Positions 52,628-64,000 of a stretch of 64,000 nt of DNA are shown piece after piece. The stretch comes from Octopus vulgaris (Eukaryota), in the NCBI GenBank assembly GCA_951406725.2, contig OX597814.1, positions 25,296,001-25,360,000 on the forward strand, written 5' to 3'. Position 1 is the first letter of the stretch; every line of letters begins with the position of its first letter. The position numbers and the translations under genes were made by a program. Below the pieces are notes generated by a model. The model had not been told where the DNA came from, did no database searches, and was given only the letters and a program-made list of their open reading frames with translations.

Positions 52628-55604
52628 TTTGATATGTCAAACTGGCTTTCTGTAATCATTTTGTAGATATGTAACAATGGCTTTTGGTAAGTCAGTCTTT
52701 TGTATCAGTATCTGGCCGTTAGGTATCCTTTGGGTGCTTTACCATTATTTAGTTTGCCTACCCATATGATGAAAATTAAATGTTTAATTGTGTATGTTTT
52801 ACTGCTAATGCTAGTTGAGTATTTTCTCCTAATTGCATTTAGCAACGATGCCTTCTGTTTCAAATCTCTCTTTACATTTCAGACCTTTAAGACCAAAATT
52901 ATTCAAGATATTGAAATGGGGATTTGTTAATGGTAATGCTTTTCTTTCTCATCTCCCAGTATAATGCATGTGGATTGAAATCAAACTTGTGATTTATAAT
53001 GACTTGCTCAACAATGTTCCTATGATAATGAAATTTTCTGCTTAGCATTCTGAATTCATGCTTTAAAGTAATTAGCTTTCCCTCAAGAGCTTGGCATGAA
53101 GAGACACCACAGACTTAATTTTTCATAAGATGTAAATAGTGAGCTCATTATTCCCCTTATATTTCATTGTCATGGTTAAATATCCTAAATAGTGATGCTT
53201 ATTATTGATATTTACTTCAAGTTTTGTTTCCACTTAGGTCTGCTTCTGATTAGTAATTTCATTAGCATATGCACTGTAGGTTTCTCCTAGCGTTCTTTAA
53301 GAATAATAGCAGCTGTGATATAAATTGTCCAGTAATTAACATCACATGATTCCTTGTGCTCACTAGCAACATTATTGACAACTTTTAACATGAGACCAGT
53401 TAAACTTCTCTTTAATCACACTAAAAGTAGTCTGTCACTCAATGATAGCTTAGGAAAACTGAAAAAATTATTTTACAAATTGTGGTTTCAAAATGTTCTT
53501 AAATTGAATATATTCCACAGTCTTCTTGGTCTTCAGTTGCATGTGAAGATATATAAGAATTTAGTGATGGCAGAAATGGTTTGCTTACATTATTTTTGAT
53601 TTCTATTATGGCAGATTTTTTATGATTCTCAATATTTTGAGAAGATCAATTAGCATCACGAGTTGGAATAGAAAATACTATCTGTGATAGCCATTTTTTA
53701 CAAATGAAAATGCTTGTTGCCAAAATTGTTTTGCCATAAAGTGATTTTAGCTTGAGGAATCTTCATTCAAGAATTTTTTAGCTGCTTCATATAACAGATA
53801 GAAGGGTTATCTCTGGCTTTTCATAGCATCAAAGTCGATCTTGATTTAAATTTAAATGTATGTACTTTATGTGAATAAATATGTGTATGTGTGGGTGTTT
53901 TTATGTGTGTGCGTGTGTGCGTGTAAACATATATATATATATATATATATTGAAGAGTACTTTTATTAATTTGTGGACTTAGAATCTATGAGTTGAGAGA
54001 GTAATTTGTTAGAAATTCTGCCTTAAGCATAAAGTTGTTTACAAAAATGATATATGATAGAATTACTAGAATAATATTTTATTCATTTACCAATATAAAG
54101 TTGAGTTGTAGATAGGTATAAATCTGTTGGCTTGAGTCTAAATTGCAAATATATATAAACTGTATAATGAAATTGGCCCAATTACCATGAGTAAAATATT
54201 GGGTACCAGATACATTGAACTAGATCATAAAATGGAAACCTCAATATGGATAATACTGGTGTCCTAATATCAGTGCAGGACAAATTAACAATATTGAATA
54301 AAAATTATTCTATGTTACCTTTATAGATTCTACTAACAGTCCATTTGAATTCATTATGATAAAAATTTAGCAGCTTTTTTTGTTTCATGATGTGATTTGT
54401 ATTGATGAAACCATCTCGCTAGTTACTTTGGTAATCACTCCATTTGAGATTTCCTGTTATGTGTCTTTGGATTACATCTTTATACATAGCAACAAAGGAG
54501 ATTCTACCAAGTCATATGATTTAATAGCATCTATGAACTGATGTCTATAGAGTCAATTTACCTGCCAAAGACAGAATCAAAATTCCATATCTTTTCTCAA
54601 ATTACACACTACCATCTTTTTTATTAGAAGAACATATTGAATAATGTGGCAAATAAAAAACATGATGTCATGATTGAAACACTTTTAATCATAGGCCCAC
54701 TGGTTCAGGGCTAACATGAAGCTAAAACAACAACTTCATTAGTTATCTAGAGTATTCTGATATCTCATAGATATTTCCATTAAGATTTAACTCATTAGAG
54801 GATTTGACAACAGTTGTCAGTCCAAATGGCAAAGAGTGACAAATGAGAATGGAGGGCTTCAGACTTATGAAACTACTTCTGTGCAAACAATTTACAAAAA
54901 AGATATCCAAATTTCACAGTTTCACATATTTTACAAATTGAGTGTGATGTTGGGAAACTTTCTGGCTTCCATCAATGTGTTTGCCATATATATGATTACA
55001 AATTAGATATGTGAAGAACATACCATAAATATTTATTCATGAAGAGGTTTTACTTAGAGACCGATGATAGATTTTATTGCAGAAAATGGGGAATGCATCT
55101 TAACAGTCTAGTTTTTTATTATGAGCAAATTACACTTTTAATTAAAAATAATTTTTGCTTACATTTTAATGTTATTATACCATTTTATGATATTCTTCAA
55201 ATGTTGACATTTTACTTAAAGTATTTTCTGAACATTCTTGGTTGGATAATCACATAAGTGTTAAACAATTTTATACTTCATTGTTCAGCTAAACAAACTG
55301 ACTGTTCTGGAGTAATGAACCTTGCCAAAGACCAAAATGTAATGAAATAAGGGAGACAACCACAACCAAGTATCTGTGAAATAAAAAAATGCAATAAAAT
55401 CCAACGGACATGAAAGAAATAATGGGAAAATGTTCAAGATTTTTTTAGCTTAAAAAGTTACTTTATTCAAACAATATGTCAAAGGTTTATAATCAAACAA
55501 AAAAATTAATAATACTTTGTTCTTAGTCTTTATCTTAAACTATATCAGAATCTTGCTTTTTTGTTTTCAGGGAAGTAATAAATAAATGACATATACATAC
55601 AAAT

Positions 55605-55644
55605 ATATATGTATGTATACATATGATATATATACATATATATA

Positions 55645-55711
<67 letters not shown>

Positions 55712-56221
55712 ATAATATATTAAAATAAGGCATATGTGTGTGTAAGTATGTATATGAGAAATATTTTGGCACTTATTCAAGTTCCTACATCAAAGAATTA
55801 AAGAAATTTACTTTATACCAATGGCTATAAAGATCTAAGTTACTTCTCAAAATAACTCCTAGTTAATGACACATTTTTACTTTCAAAATAAACTTTGAAC
55901 TATTTCAGTTTATGAACAATTTCTAATTAACCGGTAACCAGTTACGAGATTATTACTTGACTTCCTTCGACATCACAAAAGAGATTTGGACAAAGTTAGT
56001 AAGAGCTGAACTGCTTAACAGGGTAATTCATCAGCATAAGTTCATAAAGCATGCATATATATATATATATATATATATACATACATACATACATACATAT
56101 ATATAAATATATATATATATGTATGTATATATATATACATATACATACATACACACACATATGTATGTGTATATGCATGTGTGTGTATGTATGTATATAA
56201 ATATATATATATGTATACATG

Positions 56222-56280
<59 letters not shown>

Positions 56281-56367
56281 GTATATATGTATGTATATAT
56301 ATATTTACATATATATGTATATATGTATATATATATATATATGTATATATATGTGTATATATATGTG

Positions 56368-56413
<46 letters not shown>

Positions 56414-56430
56414 ATTTATATATATATATA
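55605..56430. repeat. long (TA)n/(TATG)n microsatellites
   Basis: Tracts at 55605-55710 and 56055-56430. Confidence 0.95.
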
Positions 56431-57465
56431 TTCAGTCTCTTAATATACTGTGCTAAGCATTAAAATATGAATATCATTGCAATGTTTGTCTCATATGTAC
56501 TTACTATTAATGAAACATTATGTGCCTGGCCGTATCATTATATTAGTTGGTTGTTAGTGAGAATATAATAATACCTTGAAAACCTTTTGTAGTTCTTTGG
56601 ATAAAAGAATGAAATATTGAATTTTTGTTTGATTCTAATTCATTTTCTTCTCTTTCCCCCTTTTTTTGTTTCTTTTTACCGTTGTTGTACTTTGGCTGGA
56701 GGTTTCAAGCTTGGACAGTTCATGACAACTAGTTTGAAAGAAAATATTGGAAAAAAATAAATACAGAACAAAAAAATCATATCATATAAATAAAAGAACA
56801 AAAGAAATTAATGGCAGCAGCAACAATATAAACAAAATTTGAATAATGTGGATTTGTAGCAAACTTTCATCATCAAAGATCTGATATAACCTTACAATTA
56901 TCACTACATTCATCACTTTAACAATAAAACTATATATTCAATCAATCGGCTGATCCACTTTTCAATTTATGAGTCTGTTGATCTTTATATTAATATATAT
57001 GAGTATTTCCAGTTCGATTCATGTTCTGTTTTCAAGCTAGCCACACCACATTTACACAGAAATGATGAAGATGTTCAACATAAACTATAAACCATTCATG
57101 CACAACATATATAAGTGTACGTGTGTATGTGTGTGTAAATATACAGGGTAAATATTTATTATATGAATGGGTGTGATGGTATCAATTTATTGACCTTTAC
57201 CAATAAAAGATATCCATCGATGGGTGATCAGTCAAACTGACTCCAGAGAAGAGAGATTGGCAGCTATGTCATTAATGCTTTTTAAACTGGCATTTAGGGA
57301 CGGTGAGTGGCTGAAATATCTACAATATGGTTTCAAGAATGTGCAGTAGAATCTGTTTGCCAGAAGCTTAACAAACATACTGACGCAAATGTTCTTGTAT
57401 GTTATATACATATGTATGAAATTATAAAGATTTCAAAACCAATAGATATAATACATACATACATT

Positions 57466-57524
<59 letters not shown>

Positions 57525-58719
57525 ATTAAGTCAAAAACTACATACGTGACTCTAGGACCAAGATTTACATGCATTGCACTTATCGAAATAACTTGAAAAC
57601 CATAGGCTCACTCTTTATATAGAAGCTCAATTACAATGATTTTCGAAATCTTTGATCAAGCATTGTTATTGGAAAATCATATCATAGTCAATAAATTTCA
57701 GTGTTTGCCTGTTAATTGGGGGAGTGTGAAATAAAAGAAGAATAAAACCGTGAAATCGAACAGTACGGATGAAAATACAAATGGGAGAATATTTGCATAC
57801 GAATACACACAAACATACATATAATATACATTTGCACAATTTTTAATTTAGACATATGTTAAGGGGAGGTATTTGAGTGCTTTAATTCGAAATATACTTA
57901 GTATACACGCTTATTTATGTATGGAGATATAAAAAAATTGCACAAAAACACTCTTGAAATACATCTGGAATTTAAATGGAAATAGATATCCCCAACTGTA
58001 AAAATTCTTTTGTCGATTATTGAAACTGCTCAAGCATATATCAATGGTCCTATGTACCCCTTTGAATAATAATAAAAAAAGTTACGTACTAAACACAGAA
58101 TTTTTCGACTGTTAAATTCTAAATTGGAGCTAATTTCTTCAAGCTCTCACCAAATGAAATTTATCCTAAAATTTTTCAAGTTACCAACCGTTTGATATTG
58201 TAAGTCTATAAAAGTAAGTCTGGTGTATTGCCATATTACTTTCGCATAGCATTTATTCTTTGCTTTTATTCCTTTCTATCAAAAGACATAAAAGCAAGGA
58301 GTAAATGTTTAGGTAAAATCAATGTTTTGTACCCCAGTTTTAAATCTATTCAATTGCCGATTGCATATACTCTAAACACTTTCCACTGCATAATTTGTTT
58401 ATATATTCCCTATTTCTTAATAGGGTTGTTGTATGAACCTTGGTTATCTTTCAAGTATTTTTATGCAAACCCTCTTTTTATTTTATACCTTTGTTGTACT
58501 TGCCAAATTTTTTTCACACAACCACCTGCTTCACTCCTAATTCTATATAATATCATAGTACATCTATTTTATACTTACATGCTTGTCGCATTTATAATTC
58601 TTTCATATGTTTAGGCACATTCTTTTATTTGATATGCAAAGATATGTATTTATATGCTACTAAGACACTTTTTAAGGCTTAAGCTTCTATGCTGGAGCCG
58701 TCAATATAGACAGAAAATC

Positions 58720-59331
58720 ACATTTTATTAATAATGCATGTAATATGTCTATGTAGCTTCACATGTACGTATTTGTAAATGCATATATGTCCTTGTATAT
58801 GTGTAAAAAATGGATATATGTATATGTTCAAAAAGTTTTGAATTGTTTTGTGTGAGTTTTTTGTTCTGTATATATGTGTGTGTATGTGTGTGTATGCATG
58901 AGTGCGTGTGTGCATATGTTTGTGCATGTATATATATATTTATACATATGCTTGCATTATGTGTATGTGTGTGTGTGTACGCATTTTACATATATTTATA
59001 AGAATGCTTGCATTTGTACAAGCGTACTTGTAGACATACGGACATACGTAAATGTCTGCATATATCTGTATAAATGGATTTGCTCGAATGTGTATATATT
59101 CATACACACACACACATGCAAGTGAGCAAATTGGATTAGCGTTAGTATATATACATATGCAAATATGAGAAAGCTACACTGTCAAGTCATTCATCATTTT
59201 CCCTATTTTCAACAAATGTTAGATCCTACATTCATGTTCTCACACTTAACTCGTAAATTTTTTGATATTTCTTTATAATTCTATATAAGTATGTAAACCT
59301 ACATATAAGTATGTTTGTGTAGAGGGAGTGC

Positions 59332-59380
<49 letters not shown>

Positions 59381-59800
59381 TATAAATATATCTATAAATA
59401 CACACAGACATAGACATATATATGCATATACATACATATATATACATATATATATATATATTTATGTATATATAAGACATATATATATTTCTAGATAGAT
59501 ATACATACATATACATATACACATACATGCACACATATATATGTATAGGCATGCATCTATATGTGTGTGAAGGTTTTTATATATGTTCATATGTGGATGT
59601 ATGTGTGCATGTATGTATTTATATAGGCATTTATATGTGAATGAATTTGTATGCATACAATATACATGTGTGTATGTACTTTTGTACTCCAATGTATATG
59701 AATGTGTAAGCATGTATGATCTTGTGTGTGTGTATATATGTGCGTACTTATATTTTTATTATACATGTTTAAGTATATTCTTATATATGTGTTTATTCTA
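58720..59800. repeat. degenerate TA/TG/CA low-complexity region
   Basis: Directly visible. Confidence 0.85.
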
Positions 59801-60163
59801 ATCGATTTCACAATATTTTATTATTTTATTCCACATTTTATCCTCCTCCATACTCAATAGGCTAATATTGAAATTTATTGATTATCACGTGATTTTCCAA
59901 TAATAATTTTTGGTCGAAGTCCCCGAGAAAAAATTGGAATTCATTTTTATACAAAGAGGGAATTGCTGATGCAATGCTGTAATTACTTGTAAAATACAAA
60001 TAGCTCTAAACTCATGTCATATAGTGTTATTATTTGCTAAATATACATATCTTCATAGTTCGATATGTAGATATATATAACAAATTATTTGGCTAAAGAG
60101 AAGCTGGTTCACAGAAGAGAGGGCATGAAAAATAACAGCGTGTTAAGTTGTACTGCCCTCTTA

Positions 60164-60455
60164 GTGGAGGCGCAATGGCCCAGTGGTTAGGCCAGCGGAC
60201 TTGCGGTTGCGGTTTGTGAGTGTTTATTGAGCGAAAACACCTAAAGCTCCACGTTCCTGTTTCTGTTGTACCTGTATTTCAAAGGGCCGGCCTTGTCACT
60301 CTCTGTGTCACGCTGAATATCCCCGAGAACTACGTTAAGGGTACACGTGTCTGTGGAGTGCTCAGCCACTTACACGTTAATTTCACGAGCAGGCTGTTCC
60401 GTTGATCGGATCAACCGGAACCCTCGTCGTCGTAACCGACGGAGTACTTCCATCC
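60164..60455 (+). mobile_element. SINE with family C head and an alternative 3' half, TSD-flanked
   Basis: Head GTGGAGGCGCAATGGCCCAGTGGTTAGG. Direct repeat ACTGCCCT(C/A)TTA at 60152-60163 and 60456-60467. Confidence 0.85.
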
Positions 60456-60519
60456 ACTGCCCTATTAACCATTATCAATTGAAGAGATTATTCTGATATT
60501 CATTATATTCACCTTTAGT

Positions 60520-60730
60520 AAGTCAGTGAGCTAGCAGAATCGTTATCACATTGGACAAAAATGCTTAGCGGCATTTCCTCTGGCACTTTACGTTCCGAGT
60601 TCAAATTTGCCAAGATCAATTTCTCCTTTCATCCTTCCTAGGCCGATGTACCAGTTTGAGCACTGCAGTTCGATGTAAGTCAACTAAATCCCTACTCAAA
60701 TTTTAGCCCTTGTGCTTATTGTAAAAAGAA
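60520..60730 (+). mobile_element. decayed SINE family A (long-tail form)
   Basis: GTGAGCTAGCAGAATCGTTA...GAGTTCAAAT...CCTTTCATCCTTCC. Confidence 0.7.
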
Positions 60731-61049
60731 TTAAATTCACCTTCAGTTACCTATTTTTATTTCTTTGTTAGATGTATTCCTTATTGCAGAATCTGGATTC
60801 TTGCCTTTGTGAATTATTTACTTCGTAAGTCTTAAATTTGGACCCTTTTAAAACCTACAGCAATAAAGTACTTTTGCATATTGTGCAATAAATGCAGAAG
60901 AAAATATTTTCCTCACTTTTTAATGCTTGAATAGCTCTATGTGGCTAACAAATTTGTTTCACAACCATTTGGTTTCCACTTCAGTCCCTGTTTTTGTATG
61001 TGTATTCCCACGCATACACACATAAATCCACACATATATACATTACGCA

Positions 61050-61680
61050 TCTGATTAGCAGCTGTCCTAAAATGTTGTCACAGTTCTACCTCCCTACGCA
61101 ACACGATGTTGTTGCTAAAACAACTTACAATGCCATACGCATAAAGACTGTCCTGAAATAAACTTAGAAAATCCTTCTGTTATGGAATACATTCGTAAAC
61201 ACCAATTCAAGGAATACTGGTGAAATATTCCCATCAAAACTTCTGTCAAATGTATACATAATAGGCGGATATTGTTGAGTGGGACAAAGGTATGTACCAT
61301 CATAGAAATCAGCTGCTCTGCAGATAAAAATATCTGTTTGAAAATCAAAGGAAAAGACGTTATCTATGGACAACTGCTCCGAAACCTCCAGCTTCTATAT
61401 CCAGACTATGAATTCATATTCATACCAATAATAATTGGCGCTCCAGGTTTTGTTAGTAAATGCTTGAAGGAGAATCTGGATAAACTGGAATTTTCAGAAA
61501 AAGAAATTGATCGACTGATTCGTACATTACACGTGCAATCTGTGAGTGGAACAGTAAAAATATGCAAGACTTTCTCAAGTTCTAAATACGAATTTGTCTG
61601 TGTTAACTACATCCCAAAGATAGAGTCTTTGTTGGAAACTGGCTCTCTCCTCAGTGGAAGATTTATAATAATTAAAAAAT
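61050..61680 (+). pseudogene. RLE-type (R4/NeSL/CRE-like) LINE 3' fragment
   Basis: SSCPKM...HDVVAK upstream; ORF 61272-61682 reads CTIIEISC.AD.N...K...YGQL.RNL..LYP.Y.F.FIPIIIGA.G. Confidence 0.75.
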
Positions 61681-61769
61681 AGAAGAGACATACATACATG
61701 TGTGTGTGTGTATGTGCGTGTGTGTGTGTGTATACAAACATGTACACGCACAAATATGATCTATGGACA

Positions 61770-62600
61770 GGCACAAACATCTTCAGGTGGCCGCAACCGA
61801 GATGCTTTTCACAGAGCTGCTCCAGGTGTCTCTTTCTCCTTCTAGTTTTGATAGATACTCAGTTTCATGTTGCCTTTCTCTGACAATAGTATCAAGGCAA
61901 CTAAATGGTCTTCGCTATCTTTACAAAATTTTAGAATTTTCTAAAATATATCTTCCATTGTTTGTTATTCAGCATGATAGCAGTAGCCAACAGACCCTAC
62001 TCAGCGTTGAGCAATAATAAAAGAGGTGAGTTGAATGTGCCTAGAAACATCCTCTTCGGTCTTGAACTCATGCCATGAGATGTTTTGAGCATTCATCAGA
62101 AATCTGGTGTATATATTATCAAAGAAAACTTGAAGCTCATTCTTCATACTTTGGGTTTCGGTTCCAAGGAAAAGAATGATATCTACACATGATCTGAAGA
62201 AGGTCAGCCTTCTTGACTTTCAAATAGTTGATTGCCAGATGTTTTGAAGGTTGTTACAGTCACTTTAGGCTTGTCCCTCGCATGTCAAGAAGTCTTTTTT
62301 ACTGTCAGTAACATAGAATCTAAGGCATGTGAAGTCACTGACTTCCTTGAAATTTGTGACATCATTGGAACACAATGGCATGTTTCTTTCATCATCATCC
62401 TCATGGTATTGTGTTGAGTTTTTCTTCATATTTAGAAACAGAGAGACTTTAGATGTAGCATCATCAACTGATGTAAAAAGATGTGAAAATTTCATAGCTG
62501 ATGAACAATGAAGACATCAGCAGCAGAGTCAAACAACACTAAAGAGGATGTTCTGTATCTCGTACGATTAAAGAGTCCTCTTTAATCTATGGTGAGTTCA
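61770..62600 (-). pseudogene. decayed RTE-clade LINE 3' region
   Basis: ORF 62265-62495 (KVSLFLNMKK...KEVSDFTCL.FYVTDSKKDFLT) continues into CNNLQNIW and FFRSCV..IL..GTET-like RT C-terminal motifs. Confidence 0.72.
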
Positions 62601-63254
62601 TTCACTTAAGATTAAATATCGAAGAATGTGAGTGAAAGAGGAAGTGATAGCTGTTGAAGCAGGATGAAAAGGGGACAAAGTCTGAAAGAATACGATAGAA
62701 GAAACAATGTGTTTACAGGAAGTTAGCAGAGAGAGAGAAAGAAGGAGGGAGAGGGAGGGAGAGAGAAAGAGAATGCGAGGCTAGGAAGATGTGAGCAATG
62801 GTAAGAGAGAATGACAAAGGCAAGTGCAAGTCGCTCGTGGAAGAGAGAGTAGAGACTAGCAATCATAATTGTGTGTGTATTTGTGTGTATGTGTGTGTGC
62901 GCGTGCACGTGTACACACGTGCTCGCATGTATGTGTATATATGTATATTTATGTTAATATACACACATAAACTCTCAGTCTGACAAAAATAACGTAGGAT
63001 ATGAAGGATTTAACGAGTCATCTAAGACAGTGATTATAGTCTAGAGAGTTGTGATGGATCAAGCAAACTTGGAATTCCTTGTTAGCATTAATACAGTTTG
63101 TCCTCACGGCCAAGGAATAATGCTGTTGGTATGTGCCAAAAATTGCTGTAACCTCCAGTAAAGAGCTGATCAATGGTTGCTTTGTAGTGAAAGTCAAGTA
63201 TAAAATGATAATCATATAATTAAGAATAATAACTCTCACTCTCTCTACTATAAG

Positions 63255-63420
63255 CACCAGGCTTGAATTTTTTGTGGTGGGGGAAGTCTATTACAAAGAG
63301 CCCGGTACTTTCAGGGTACTTATTCTATCGACTCCTAAAGGATGAAGGGCAAAGGATAGCTCGGCAGCCTTTGAACTTCAAACGTGAAGCTAGAAGAAAT
63401 GCCGCTAAGCATTTTGCCCA
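63255..63420 (-). mobile_element. decayed SINE family A
   Basis: GGTACTTATTCTATCGACTCC.AAAGGATGAAGGGC...TTTGAAC...GCCGCTAAGCATTTTGCCC. Confidence 0.65.
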
Positions 63421-63690
63421 CTCATCATGTTTTGAATAAAAATACCTTCTTTTATAATAATAATAATTAATATATGTGTATATTTATTTCATACGTATGT
63501 ATGAAAGTAAGTCTGGTGAAATCTTTGGTAACCAGTAACCTGCTAAGTACGTAAGCTCGTACAACTTGCAGATGCCAGTGTCATTGAGGACAAAACCAGC
63601 AACCTTTATCTTGCTTGGGGAAAAGAATGGCTTTGAACATTCTGTGGGATAAAAATCAAAACTTTTCAAAAAGTAGATGAACTCAAGATA

Positions 63691-63754
63691 GTCAAAACCC
63701 ATCTAGTATTGTGTATAGAATCGTCAAAACCCATCTAGTATTGTGTATATAATC
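63691..63754. repeat. 32-bp tandem duplication
   Basis: GTCAAAACCCATCTAGTATTGTGTATA(G/T)AATC twice. Confidence 0.9.
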
Positions 63755-64000
63755 ATTTGATTTATGTTTGGACATTTACAAGTGTAAGTAAACCTACATT
63801 AAAGAAGGACATTATCACTTGAAACTTGCAATTTATTTTCAATCAAAGGCTATCTTGCCTGCTTTTGTGTGCTGCCATTTCAATGGTTTTAAAGATTTAG
63901 AGAGTGGCACACATATCACTCGAATATGCACATAGGGACTACATATGTAATTTTAGCGTCAAACGTTGTCATAATCGATAGCGAGTTGACAACCACCATG

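Noticed and set aside
58020-58620. Possible I/Jockey-like RT remnant on the minus strand and a 128-aa plus-strand ORF
   Set aside because: Only a weak 'QSAI..I.NWG' resemblance; the plus-strand ORF is compositionally biased.

Overview
AT-rich, microsatellite-dense eukaryotic DNA with no host protein-coding exon I can support. The SINE families and simple-repeat load look like an octopus (coleoid) genome; this is inferred from recognising the repeats, not from a search. Almost all ORF-track entries are microsatellite translations or transposon remnants. The main feature is a nearly intact ~6.2 kb L1/Tx1-type non-LTR retrotransposon on the minus strand (39031-45240). It has a frameshifted zinc-knuckle ORF1 and an APE-RT-CCHC ORF2 with one in-frame stop. 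It sits in a (GATA)n array next to a 5'-truncated relative, and the array abuts the 5' region of a Helitron, suggesting a GATA-targeting Tx1 lineage. Other content: five R4/Dong-like RLE 3' fragments among (TAA)/(TAG) tracts (17.6-21.9 kb), a hAT-Charlie transposase relic, several RTE relics, piggyBac-like and other MITEs, and stacked SINE arrays inside single TSDs. A near-perfect foldback with 121-bp arms (48935-49206) lies between oppositely oriented RTE segments. Boundaries of decayed elements are approximate.
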